A stretch of 63,980 bases of DNA, counting the filler, from Octopus bimaculoides (Eukaryota): assembly GCF_001194135.2 (NCBI RefSeq). It is 7 parts of 6 records of this genome, joined end to end, with 100 filler letters (N's around TTAATTAATTAA, not from the genome) between each part and the next. Parts side by side here need not be neighbours in the genome. Positions count along the whole stretch, not along the records: positions 1 to 12,699 come from NC_069006.1; positions 12,800 to 17,645 come from NW_026315294.1; positions 17,746 to 29,902 come from NC_068997.1; 4 more parts are not named here. One strand, given 5' to 3'. Each line of letters begins with the position of its first letter. Position 1 is the stretch's first letter. The position numbers and the translations under genes are program-made. Below the pieces are notes generated by a model that was not told where the DNA came from, searched no databases, and saw only the letters and a list, made by a program, of their open reading frames with translations. Below are positions 11,872 through 24,729 of the stretch, one piece after another.

Positions 11872-13962
11872 ACGACAGTAATATATACAACATACAAATA
11901 AATACATTATATATATATATCATCACATTGGACAATAATCTATATTACATATAAATAATGACATATATCATCATGTTGGACAGCAATATATATTACATAC
12001 TCTTATATATATATCATCATCATTTCTACATCCACTTGATTGGTCAGCACTGAACTAGAGTACAAAATGCTTGATATGCCAAACAAAGAAATTGAACCTA
12101 CAACTGTGTAATTGGGAAGCAAGAGACTTAATCACACAACCATGTATGTATGTATACTACATATCATCATCTTTGTTTCATGTCCATTTTCCACGTTGGC
12201 ATGGGTTGGACTGTACATACACACACATGCATACATATATATGTTATTCTTATACAAGACTGTTGTTGACAGTAACTTTGAAGTTTCAGCCAGCTAAACA
12301 ATCATCAGACTATTTAGCTGGCCAAAATTTCAAAGCCACTGCCAACAACATTCTTACTCTTTTACTTGTTTCAGTCATTTGACTGCGGCCATGCTGGAGC
12401 ACCGCCTTTTAGTCGAGCAAATCGACCCCAGGACTTATTCTTTGGAAGCCTAGTACTTATTCTATCTGTCTCTTTTGCCAAACCGCTAAGTTACAGGGAC
12501 CTAAACACACCACCATCAAGCGATGCTGGGTGTACAAACACAGACACACAAACATATACACACACATACATACATATATATGTTATTCTTATACAAGACT
12601 GTTGTTGACAGTAACTTTGAAGTTTCAGCCAGCTAAACAATCATCAGACTATTTAGCTGGCCAAAATTTCAAAGCCACTGCCAACAACATTCTTACTCTN
12701 NNNNNNNNNNNNNNNNNNNNNNNNNNNNNNNNNNNNNNNNNNNTTAATTAATTAANNNNNNNNNNNNNNNNNNNNNNNNNNNNNNNNNNNNNNNNNNNNA
12801 TATATAGAGAGAGAGAGAGAGAGAGAGATATGTGTATGTATATATGTATACATATGTATGCGCGTGTGTATATATATATGTGTATATAATATATATATAA
12901 TATTAATGGTTTCTTATTAGGAAACCAATAGATTTTATACTGGGCTGTAAGAAGTGCTCAGAATAATTGAGACAAGAGTAAAAATATTAGTTATAGAATA
13001 AAAACGCTGGGTTAACGACTCAATATATCACATCCCCTCAATGAACATATATAAGATATACAACATAATCCGTCAAACATAAGGAATAAGAAGATATAAC
13101 GCAAGAAAAATAACGTAAGAAGAAATAATAAATAAAAACTATAGCATATATAGTATAAAATTTTATACAAGAATGTATTGTTTCAACCGATAACATACAA
13201 ATGAAAAAAATTGAGTTAAAAGTATAATACATCATCATCATCATCATTGTTTAACGTATGCTTTCCATGGTAGCATGGGTTGGACGATTTGACTGAGGAC
13301 CGGTGAAACCAGATGGCTACACCAGGCTCCAATCTGATTTGGCAGAGTTTCCCCAGCTGGATGCCCTTCCTAACACCAACCACTCCGAGAGTGTAGTGGG
13401 TGCTTTTAGGTGCCACCGGCACGAAGGCCAGTCATGCGGTACTGGCAATGGCCATGCTCAAAATGGTGTATTTTATGTGCCACCTGCACAAGAGCCAGTC
13501 CAGGGGCACTGGCAACGATCTCGCTCGAAAATCCTTACACATGTCATGGGCACATACAAATAAAAATTAATATGAATAAAAGGAATAAAAATTTCAAGTA
13601 TATAATATAATAATATAATATAATATAGGTCAATATAGAATAAAGTAAAATAAAATAAAGAAATGAGGTACCATAAAGTAGTCCATCGGTTAAAAATCAA
13701 GGACAGAAGTGATTTAACACCATTTAGAGTTAAAACTCAAAGTTATTCATCTCCCTCGGGCACATTTTACAACTCAAAAACAGTAGACACCAATAGCAAG
13801 TCCGCACCAATTAAGTATATACAAGAGTGAACAACAGGCACCCAGCAGGTATCAGCAGGTTAAACATGTAAAATTTAATTCCGCTCACCATGTCCAAAAA
13901 GGTTCACAACACATGAGTCAAAAACAATTACAGCATCCAGCAGGTATCAATCAGTAAAATCA

Positions 13963-14070
13963 ATTTCACGAAAACCAGGTACAACACCTATGGCTATTTC
14001 GGGGGTACACCACTGTATTTCAAAACACAATGGAGTGTAAACTAGTGATGACCCCCTCGTCAGGGTAAAC
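13963..14070 (-). ncRNA. Type I hammerhead ribozyme motif with extended stem II, 3' of the Penelope-like ORF (pLTR region)
   Basis: Minus strand: CTGACGA (14063-14057), stem II GGGGGT/ACCCCC enclosing an internal CATTGTGT/ATACAGTG hairpin, GAAA (14000-13997), stem III AGCCA/TGGTT, TTC triplet, and stem I TTTAC/GTGAA with one bulged C. Partly degenerate. Confidence 0.65.
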
Positions 14071-14308
14071 TCATCTACAAAGTTACGACATGCACAAAGG
14101 GAAAAATGATTTTTATAAAAGAGCAAATATATATAAACAATATGGACCAGCCTTAGACAAGCCTATGCAAATAATGGGAAGATTTGGAAAAAAAAAAAAG
14201 GAAAGAAAAGAAAAAAGAGTGCTATTTTAGAATAGCCAAACAGGCTGCAGTATCAAAACCAATCTTCGAGGTTTCCATTCACCCTAACGCAAAATATTAC
14301 ACTTGTTA

Positions 14309-15650
14309 TTATCTATTGCTTTTAAATTCATTTTTATCTCTGTACAGTTTCAAGAAGGTGGAGGAAAACTTATGGTTACAGAAGGGGACTACCTCAGTGA
14401 ACTTATTCAGGATTTTTGGTCCAAAAGACCTGAGTATTGCAAGGGATTCCCTAATACATAAAGAACATTTGCTAATATTTGCCTTAAAGTATGGGGCCCT
14501 CAATATAATAGACCATTCAAGAGAGTACTTTATATTTTTCTTCTTGAGGTCATGTAGATAGGAGGCGAGTGTGGTAGAGTTACGGTATTTTTCCATTGAA
14601 AACGAACTCATATGCGCTCTATATCTAGCCTTAAAGTTCTTTGTGCTTCCTATATAAAACCTATCTAGTTCTCGTCCCTGACAGTGTATTTATAAACCAT
14701 GTTTGTACATAAACAGAGCCCTCCAAGAGGACATAATAGAGGGTCTCTACAATTACATAATTTACTTTGGCTACCCCTAAATTTATTTCCAGCGCCAGTA
14801 ACAGCCCTTGCTAGTCTATCCTTATCCATAGCTCCACTCCTCCCATTCCCGGGTTTCGGCACAATCAGAGGGAATGGAGAGCACGTCCCACTATCATTGT
14901 GTGACTCACAACTTGTTTTATTCGAACTGGGACTTCCATTGCAAGGATATTCACATTGTTCTAGCTTATTTAATTTGCTTCTATTAAGAGAGGCAATAAT
15001 TGATGCTAGATTAGGCATTCCAGAATAGGAAAACTTAATTGAAGATCTGTTGCAGATACTACAGTATTTATGGTCTTTAGGGAAGTTATTCTCCAGGATC
15101 CTAAAGAACATCCTGGGTAAATTTCTTACACTAAGAGAGAAGGGGGGGGGGGCAAATTACCTCTCGTATTCTGGGTCGTGAACCTTTCAGTTTATTTATC
15201 CCCAAATTAGCATTATTTCATTTTGTGTACCTATTTATTCTATTCTTATCTCTATGATACCCGTTTCTAAAAAATTGCTTATTATGGTTGCTACCAACAG
15301 ATGTACTACCCTTGCTCCGATCAACTGTAGTATAGTCGGGTGGAAGACCTGCCATCTTATTTTTAAGCCTTGTATTATGTATAAATGAGATTTTTGTTTT
15401 GAATCTGCTTGCTTCATGGGCGTTGTTATAAACCGGCGCATGTTGATTGAAAATTTCTACATTTGATGATAAATTCTAATTGAAATTCCAGCGATAATAC
15501 TATCTATGGTGGACCTTGGGTGATTTGATAAAATATGTATGTACGACACTGATTTGTTGGGTTTACAGAATGCACAGTAGAGGCCCGTATCTGTTTGTTG
15601 TTTACACATCCGTCTTCATCCTTTGTTTTGTTTGTTTGTTTTTTTGAAAA
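14309..15650 (-). mobile_element. Penelope-like element (Naiad-type) 3' part: RT thumb/linker, Cys-rich motif and GIY-YIG endonuclease, frameshifted
   Basis: Minus-strand translation includes HPRSTIDSIIAGISIRI, FFRILENNFPKDHKY...NRSSIKFSYSGMPNL, CNCRDPLLCPLGGLC, MVYKYTV, then after a frameshift FYIGSTKNFKARYRAHMSSF and C-terminal CSLCIRESLAIL...N..EVVPFCNH. Confidence 0.85.
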
Positions 15651-15654
15651 TTCC

Positions 15655-15710
<56 letters not shown>

Positions 15711-15714
<4 letters not shown>

Positions 15715-16640
15715 GCTGATGACCTTGCTCTAATAGCTAAGTCACTATCAGAACTATAGGAGAAGTTTCAGGTGTGGAAGCAAGGTCTAGAATTGAAGGC
15801 CTTAGAGTCAATCTAGCAAAAACCAAAGTCTTAATAAGTAGGAAGGCAGACAAACTACAAATCCCTTCAGGTAGATGGCTCTGCTTGATCTGTAGAAAAG
15901 GTGTAGGTACCCAGTGTAAGCTATGGACACATAAGACGTGCAACAATATCAAAGAAGGCTAACTGGGAAGATAGTTTTTGTGTGGAAAATGTGCAGAAAA
16001 CAGCTTCCATCACATTCCAAGGGGGGAATAACTACAAGTAGTTGATAGCTTCCGTTACCTAGTCAGTAGCAGGGGTGGATGGTCTGGAAGTGTAGCTGCT
16101 ACAATGAGAATAGCCTGGGCAAAGTTCAGAGAGCTCCTACCTCTGCTCATGAGAAAGGGCCTCTCGCTCAGAGTAAAAGGTAGACTGTATGATGCTTGTG
16201 TGCGAATGGCCATGCTACATGGCAGTGAAACATGGGATGTGACTGCTGAGAACATGCATAAGCTTGCAAGGAATGAAGCCAGTATGGTTCATGGATGTGT
16301 ATTGTCAGTGTGTATACATGACAGAGTGTAAGCGCCCTGAGAGAAAAATTGGTCCTAGGGAACATCAGTTGTGGTGTGCAAGAGATGACTGCACTGGTAT
16401 GGTCATGTGTTGCATATGGATGAGGACAGCTGTGTGAAAAAGTGTCACACCTTAGCAGTAGAGGGAACATGTGGAAGAGGAAGACCCAAGGAGGCCTGGA
16501 ATGAAGTGGTGAAGCACAGCCTTTAAGTATTGGGCCTCACTGAGACGATGACAAGTGATGGACACCTTTGGAGATACGCTGTGCTTGAGAAGACCCGACA
16601 AGCCAAGTGAGACCGTAACCGTGTCCTATGCCAGTGCAGC
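15711..16640 (+). mobile_element. RTE-clade LINE 3' fragment (end of RT, C-terminal region and 3' UTR), decayed
   Basis: Begins at (Y)ADDLALIAKSL, then GLRVNLAKTKVL, RIAWAKFRELLPLL..KGLSLRVKGRLYDACVR.AMLHGSETW, CGRGRPKEAWNEVV; contains stops and frameshifts. Confidence 0.85.
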
Positions 16641-17792
16641 ATAACCAGCCCATTTCAGAGTACCCTGCCACAATCAAATGGCCACAGTCAAATGACTGAA
16701 ACAAGTAAAAGAGTATATGTATGCATATATATGTATATATATGTGCGGGTGGCACATAAAAGACACCATTTCGAGCGTGGTCATTGCCAGTATCGCCTGA
16801 CTGGCCTTCGTGCAGGTGACACGTAAAAGCACCTACTACACTCTCTGAGTAGTTGGCGTTAGAAAGGGCATCCAGCTGTAGAAACTCTGCCAAATTTAGA
16901 TTGGAGCCTGATGTTGCCATCCGGTTTCACCAGTCCTCAATCAAGTCGTCCAACCCATGCTAGCATGGAAGGCGGACGTTAAACGATGATGATGATGATG
17001 ATCATCATCATCGTTTAGCGTCCGCTTTCCATGCTAGCATGGGTTGGACGACTTGACTGAGGACTGGTGAAACCGGATGGCAACACCAGGCTCCAATCTG
17101 ATTTGGCAGAGTTTCTACAGCTGGATGCCCTTCCTAACGCCAACCACTCAGAGAGTGTAGTGGGTGCTTTTACGTGTCACACGCACAAAGGCCAGTCAGG
17201 CGGTACTGGCAACGGCCACGCTTAGTTGTTGTTATTTAGAACCAAACAGGCCTTCATTGAACAGAACCCTGAACTAAAGGCATTGCAGTTGTAATCATCC
17301 AATGGGTTTTCTTTAAATTTAATTTGCTAAAATATTTTCCTCGCTTTGAGACTGCGACCTGTTCACTGACAATAATTCTGTGCTGCAAATTAAATCTAAA
17401 TGTTGAAGTGAATCTTAATGGTTTCTGTGTGTTTTTTAATGTCCAAAATGTCCACTAAAAGGACGAAAGGCAAATGTGACTTTGGCTGGAGTTGAACACA
17501 GAAAGTCAGAACAAATTCTATGAGACATTTTGCCGGATGCTCTAACAGACCTGCTAATTCTCAACTACATTATACACACACATGCTTATGAATATATGCA
17601 TGAATAAGCATGTGTGTGTGTGTGTGTATATAATGATGATGATGANNNNNNNNNNNNNNNNNNNNNNNNNNNNNNNNNNNNNNNNNNNNTTAATTAATTA
17701 ANNNNNNNNNNNNNNNNNNNNNNNNNNNNNNNNNNNNNNNNNNNNCGCACGTCCTCTATCTTGTTTTAATGTAGTATATATATTTTGTACAT

Positions 17793-18196
17793 TAGGCGCA
17801 GGAGTGGCTGTGTAGTAAGTAGCTTCCTTACCAACCACATGGTTCCGGGTTCAGTCCCACTGTGTTGCACCTTGGGCAAGTGTTTTCTACTATAGCCTCG
17901 GGTCGACCAAAGCCTTGTGAGTGGATTTGGTAGACGGAAACTGAAAGAAGCCCGTCGTATATATGTATATATATGTGTGTATCTGTGTGTGTGTTTGTGT
18001 GTCTGTGTTTGTCCCCCTAGCATTGCTTGACAACCGATGCTGGTGTGTTTATGTCCCCTCACCTAGCGGTTCGGCAAAAGAGACCGATAGAATAAGTACT
18101 ATAGGCTTACAAAGAATAAGTCCCGGGGTCGATTCGCTCGACTAAAGGCGGTGCTCCAGCATGGCCGCAGTCAAATGACTGAAACAAATAAAAGAG
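17793..18196 (+). mobile_element. Full-length tRNA-derived SINE with an internal (TA)/(TG) microsatellite
   Basis: taggcgcaggagtggctgtg...ggttccgggttcagtcccac...gtagacggaaactgaaagaagcccg...gcagtcaaatgactgaaac. The family also occurs at 9508-9670, 10690-10850(-), 20255-20490, 32511-32877 and 33585-34175(-). Confidence 0.9.
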
Positions 18197-19349
18197 TATT
18201 TCTATTTGCACACCCTGCCTGTGTCGTGTTTGTTTTTGTCATTGTCCTCTACGTTCACTCATTATTCACGGCAGCTTTACGGTGAATAATACTATCGTTA
18301 ATTGTAATGATATTTGTACGATACCTGAGGAGGAAAGAGTAAGTCTATGTCTGGTGTTTGAGTTTTCAGTTCATCCTTTTGCCATGCTTCAGTTTAACTT
18401 TTGAAGCATGAATTCATGTGAGTTAACTAGAGTATTAGAGCGGTTTAGTTCTTATTTCTAGCAATGTACGTGTTTCCTAACAATCTAGTCACATTTAGTG
18501 ACAATTATAATTCTCCTTTTTACTGATCCAATAATTTGGATGATGAAAACATAAATACTAAACATAAAACCATAAATACGAAGCAAGTCCGGAAAAAACC
18601 GAACAATCGAGGCAACGGAAATTGCCGAAAGTGACGTCAGTAATGAGAATTGTCAATCAGCACTTTTCGGACGATTATGGTCGCTGTTGGTGTATATGTT
18701 TTCATTCATGTGCGTTAACTACAGCATCAGAGCGGTTTAGTTCTTATTTCTAGCAATGTAGGTGTTTCCTAACACCCTGGTCACATTTAGAGACAATTAT
18801 AATTCTCCTTTTTGGTGAAACATTGCAAACTACTGTTTATATTAATTATATATATATATATATATATTATTTAATAACAGTTTGATTCAGCTCCATGCAA
18901 TATAGTTTGGGTATTGAACTGCAGTAGGTTCACGCAGGCCACATGATGTTATCAATCTGCAGTGACATCAGTTCCCGTTTAGAATGTCTACGACCGCGTG
19001 TGCTAGGATAAGGTGGTAGTGACACTGTGTCTAGGGATAGATGCTAGGTTCACTCGGAACAAGAGTTCGCTGGTGTGCATCTGTGCGTGTGTGAGTGCAT
19101 ATACCAGGTACGTAGGTGGTGGGTGCCTGTGTGCATGCATGTTTGTATATTGGTGACACCAGTTCGTCGTTGAAAGCACCAGATGTGTGACTGCATGTAT
19201 TTAGTGTGTATGTGGGTATCTGCTGCGAACATGTGTGCGTATGTGTACATGAATGGGCGCGTAAGTGTGTGTTTGTATCTGCTGAGTGTGCGCGTGCATT
19301 TGACAATCGAGAGGTGCTAGTGGCTTGAAGTATATGTGTGTACATATCT

Positions 19350-19385
<36 letters not shown>

Positions 19386-19542
19386 CGTGGCGTGCACATA
19401 TGTGTGTGCATATGTATCTCTGTTTTGCGAGTGAATTTACGTGTATATCTGGTGTGTGCATGTATGTATGTTCCTGTTATGTGGGTGTGTGCATCTTGTA
19501 CATGTGCATATGTAACAACTGTATGGGAGTATCAGTGTGTGC

Positions 19543-19584
<42 letters not shown>

Positions 19585-20761
19585 CAGTGTAGAAATTCCC
19601 AATTTCGTTAAAACAGGAGGCTGAAAAGACTGGCCGTGAATAGGTTTTACTCTTCTAAGAACGAGAGTACAGTATCTGTCTGTAGTAGCTTTAGTCATCA
19701 ACCTCCCTGGTCAGCAAACAGCTACATTTAAATACCATTTCTAAGCCTCGTTTCCATTCCAAATCTCCATTTTCAACTGGCTGTAATAATATTAACAGTA
19801 GTAAATTTAACATGTATAGCTATAGTACTAATATCAGTAATTATTACCACAGCGACATCAGTTCGTTGGTGTATTATTCTGTATATGTGCGCCTAGTATG
19901 TGTACATAGAGACTAGTGTGTGCGTGCGTTGATGTATTTGACCTGATGCATTAGTTGCCACTTTGTATCGGCAGCGATTTGGTAGGAGCAACCAGATGTG
20001 TTCTTTGCTTAGAGATTTTCTGGTGCTAGGTCCACTCAGAGTCCCATTCATGAGCGAAGGATGTTGTCTCGCCTGTCTATGGTTTCAGGTGTTTTAACAC
20101 CTGAAACTTTGAGAAAGTCATCTCCACCTCATCTAATCGCAGTCAACCGGCGAACAAACAGGGCATATACATTGAGTATGATGTTCGATACATACGTAAG
20201 TATACATACATATATAAGTACGTACGCACGTATACATACATACATACTACGTACGTAGCAGGTGTGGCTGTGAGGTAAGACGTTTGCTTCCCAGCCACAT
20301 AGTTACAGGTTCAGTCCCACTGCTTTACAACCGGTGTTGGTGTGTTTACATATTAGTAACATAGCAGTTCGGTAACAGAAATCGATAGAATAAGTACCAG
20401 GCTTTAAAAAGTACAAGAGTTGATTCATTCGGCGAAAATTCCTCAAGTCGGCGCCCCAGTATGGCTGTAGTTTTAATGTTTGAAACAAATACAACATCAA
20501 TGATACATGTGTATCTGTTTATGTTTCTGGTAGTCGACATACAAGTGTCTAAAAACCTACAATGTCCTCGTAATGAGTTGCAATGACTCGATTTTTATTT
20601 TATTTCCACTCATTTGCAATTCATATCAATGTGAAACGACCGTTCACTAAATACTTTCTTTCTGTATCTTTCTCAATCTATTTGTTTCTCTATCTTTCGC
20701 TTTCTCTCTCTCTCTTTCTCTCTTTCGCTTTCTCTCTCTCACGCACAAACACACACACGCA

Positions 20762-20821
<60 letters not shown>

Positions 20822-21172
20822 CACGAGCAGACACTTGCTTTTTTATGCTGATATAACTGCATGGTGGACTTTGTGTTGTATCAATAAGTTTAGACTGTCA
20901 CACTTTAAGTAGCTTATAAATTTATGAAATTATTCGTTTCTATAATTGATATATTTTCTACGTACAATGCACTGTTAGATTATTTTAATGGTTTGACTCT
21001 CTTTTGGTTCGTCGCCAGAAATAATTTATTAAATAATATCTAGAATGCTCCATCTCATCAAAAATCACATCCATTTACTGTTCCTAGTTTTCACAAGTTC
21101 TGCTGGATTTATTTTAAAATTGCATCACCTTTTATTCTACTGATTGATTGACGTTGCACACCATTTACTTAC

Positions 21173-21262
21173 CTTATTTCGCTCATATTCTCGACTGCAT
21201 GCGTCAAATAGCTGTGCATTTTGAATGGCGGTTCCACAAAATGTTGTGTAAGTTGCTAGAAG
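21173..21262 (-). CDS. PDE11A: Next internal exon (90 nt, phase 0/0) of the PDE11A-like gene; end of GAF-A and linker helix
   Basis: ctgtttactgctag|CTTCTAGCA...CGAAATAAG|gtaagt encodes LLATYTTFCGTAIQNAQLFDACSREYERNK, joins in frame to the 22586 exon, and parallels PDE11A VMQMYLPFCGIAISNAQLFAASRKEYERSR. The EYER motif favours PDE11 over PDE5/6. This exon is absent from the ORF track. Confidence 0.92.
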
Positions 21263-22585
21263 CTAGCAGTAAACAGAATTAAAGAGAATATAAATATTTG
21301 ATTACATCAGATCTTCGTTTCAGTTAAATATACGAAATATATAAATAGAAAATAAATGAAGTGACGCAGAAAAGAGTTTACAGCTGTAAAAGACAGATTT
21401 CAACAACTGGAAACAATAACAATAGCATAAAATCATTTCTGTTTTGCTTTTGTTTTTTAATCTTTTTACTGTTACTTTTACTCTGTTAAAATCTTCAAGC
21501 TGAAAGTTAGGTTATCTCTGAATAGGCTGTCACCTTTATGGACTCTACATAACGAAAAATAATTGAGAAGAAAAATGTTTTCACACTGGAATAATATTTT
21601 CGTGATGAAATAAGAGTTATGTTGTTCGGAACAGTGTCTTTGATCAGAAAAGAAAAACCCTTTTCGAAATGTCTGGTATTTCCTCTTTAAGTAAAGTAAC
21701 TTCTTTCACTTAGTGAAGGCTTAAAAGCACTTCGAAATAAATAATGTTATTTACTGTCTTGTAGACAGAAAAGCATTGTAAAATGCCGCTTCGGAGTTTT
21801 TAGCGCATCATTATTACACTTAGCGTATCATTAGCGTATTATTAGCGTATCATTATTATACTTATCTAAGGCGGCGAGCTGGGAGAACCGTTAGCACGCC
21901 GGGCGAAATGCTTGACAGCATTTCTTTCATCCTTATGGTCTGGGTTCAAATTCTGTTGAGGTCGACTTTGCCTTACATCCTCTCGGGGTCGATGTAATCG
22001 ACTAGCCCACTACCTCACAATTTCAGGCCTTGTGCCTATATTAGAAAAGATTGATATACTTATCTTAGTATTTCACCCGCCGCTACGTTCTGAGTCCAAA
22101 TTCCACCGAGGTTGACTTTGCCTTTCAAATAAGTACCATTGAAACACTGGGGTCGATATAATCGACTTAGCCCCTCCCCACAAAAAAAAATGCTGCCCTT
22201 GTGGCAAAATTTGAAACTATTACTATACTTATCCAAATTTCTTTTCTTATAATGAACTAAAGAGATTCTTCACTTGTCGTAACAATATTGCCATATAGCT
22301 GTTGTCATGTAAACAAGTGAGAAGGTTAAGTATTTATGAAACACATTGAAACCACTGGTGTATTCTATTGTATAAACATTATATCTACACACGCGCAAGT
22401 ACACATACATTCATACACACGCACACACATACTTATATTCATGCATGCATGTGTGGGTATATGTTTTCGTATGAGTGTGTGTATGCCTGTGTGTTTGAGT
22501 GCATTTGAAATAAAAAGTTTTTGCATTCATAATAATAAAGACAATTTCTGTTTTTTTTTAAATAAGAATGTTTTGGAATACAAAC

Positions 22586-22753
22586 CTTTTCGTCCTCTTT
22601 GGTGAATAAATTCTTTTCATCAGGGCCTCCTCGTTTATTGATGATTTGCGCAATTCCAACAATTTCGTCCCCTGAATTCTTTATTGGCATACACAAGAGA
22701 GATTCGGTTTTGTAACCTAATATTCTATCAACTTCATCATTATATCTGGGATC
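22586..22753 (-). CDS. PDE11A: Internal exon (168 nt, phase 0/0) of a PDE11A-like GAF-domain cyclic nucleotide phosphodiesterase; GAF-A C-terminal half
   Basis: Minus strand reads tattctttctaatgtag|GATCCCAGA...GACGAAAAG|gtttgt and encodes [56 protein letters not shown]. This matches the GAF signature (D.R(F/Y)N.EVD..GYKT.S.LCMPI...IVG.AQ.INK...F...DE) of PDE5/6/11 and the recalled human PDE11A segment [24 protein letters not shown]...FTEDDEK. The gene symbol is family-level recognition, not proven orthology. Confidence 0.92.
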
Positions 22754-23853
22754 CTACATTAGAAAGAATATTAGTTACGAGAATTTGGGAAAAATTCTAA
22801 CGCAGAAAACAAATTTGGTCGAAAAGAAAATTGTGAAATGGGTCGTAACAATAGAAAATGAAAGTGGATACTGAGAAAAGCAATGACATTTTTATTTAAG
22901 TAGTCCATGTAGAAACGATGGAAATATATCACTTCATCTGATTATAACTATTAGCTTTCGCTCTAACATTTTAGCGTGTACACAAGAAGTTGGTTTAGTC
23001 TTACTCTAGATGTGAAGAAGTCGAATAAAAGGTTAGAAAGTGTATGAGAGAGGGGGGGGGATAAAGGAAGAAAAAGAAAAAGCAAAAGTGCTAGAATGCA
23101 ACACTATCACCTAATGAAAAAAGACGTCTACTTAATAACAGGGAAAGTATCCCTCATAGTTTGTAAATTGTGGAGCAAAGGTTACAAACTTGAGGAAATA
23201 ACAGAAAATGGCTAATGCAAGGATAGATGAAAACTCAAGCCCAAATTAAACATCACAATAAAACAGAAAGAAGAGAAAATTACTGCAGAAAAGCTATTAC
23301 TAAAACTTGAAACTTCAGTAAGCTAAAGAAAGAAAAAAAAACATTCAAGGAACTAAAAGAAAAGTCACAAAGCAAAACAACTCCAAATGACGAAAGATCT
23401 GTGGTGGATGCTTTAAAAGGGCTTAGAAAATATCAGGAATCTATTTGAAGACATATGACGATGAATTTAAAGAAAGAAGAATAAAAACTACGTTGGAAAT
23501 ATGGATGTAGAAAGTATGGTGAAGAAAAAGTTTTAAAGAAAGGATTTCAAGCAGCTCGAAACAGAAATGGATCATGAGAGAATGAAGGTGTTCGTACGAC
23601 CTATTTCCCGCTTCAAAACACACAAAAAAAAGAAGAAACACATAAAAAACTTATAACCACTATCATTAAAAAGCGTATTAGCACTACCTTTAAAAAACAG
23701 CACAAAACCTAAGTTTCATTTAAACTATTGCAGATCTTAAATTTCAACAATCATAGATAGAATGTTCAGCAGATTTTCCTTTCAGCGGGGAAGAAAACAA
23801 ATAAGAACCCAGAGAGTTTATGATTCACCTCGTCTCGTACATATATATATATA

Positions 23854-24445
<592 letters not shown>

Positions 24446-24729
24446 TTCGAAATCGGTGAATGTATTTCACTTGAATTATTATATGCTTACTAAGGTAGAT
24501 GGGCATCGACATCTACCAACCCACTTTTTAAAAAAATGGGAGGAAAAAAAGTTCAGTTTTAAGTTCAATTTAATATTGCTCATTTGTATATAATCGATAA
24601 ATTAATTTGTATATAAAGACGAACTCATTCGATCTTTGTAATTGTGTGTCCTGTGTTGTCCTCATCTCTATGTTCGATCAGTCGTGATCATAATAAAGAT
24701 TTCAGCTACCAACCCACATTTTTGTTGTT

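Noticed and set aside
12233-12699. Duplicated ~127-bp block containing hairpin GCCAGCTAAATAGT/ATTGTTTAGCTGGC with CTGATGA (minus strand)
   Set aside because: The second copy ends at a gap (likely artefact). The CTGATGA lies in the hairpin loop and no proper stem II, stem III or cleavage triplet forms, so it is not called a hammerhead.
12700-12799. TTAATTAATTAA inside N runs (also at 17690, 29947, 34801, 58661 and 62883)
   Set aside because: An identical 12-mer centred in ~100-nt N blocks that puts stop codons in all six frames; it is an artificial scaffolding spacer, not biology.
14309-15111. Selenocysteine-type in-frame TGA or SECIS in the Naiad-like element
   Set aside because: The break between the two ORFs is a frameshift and TAG, not a conserved TGA; no SECIS could be identified by eye.
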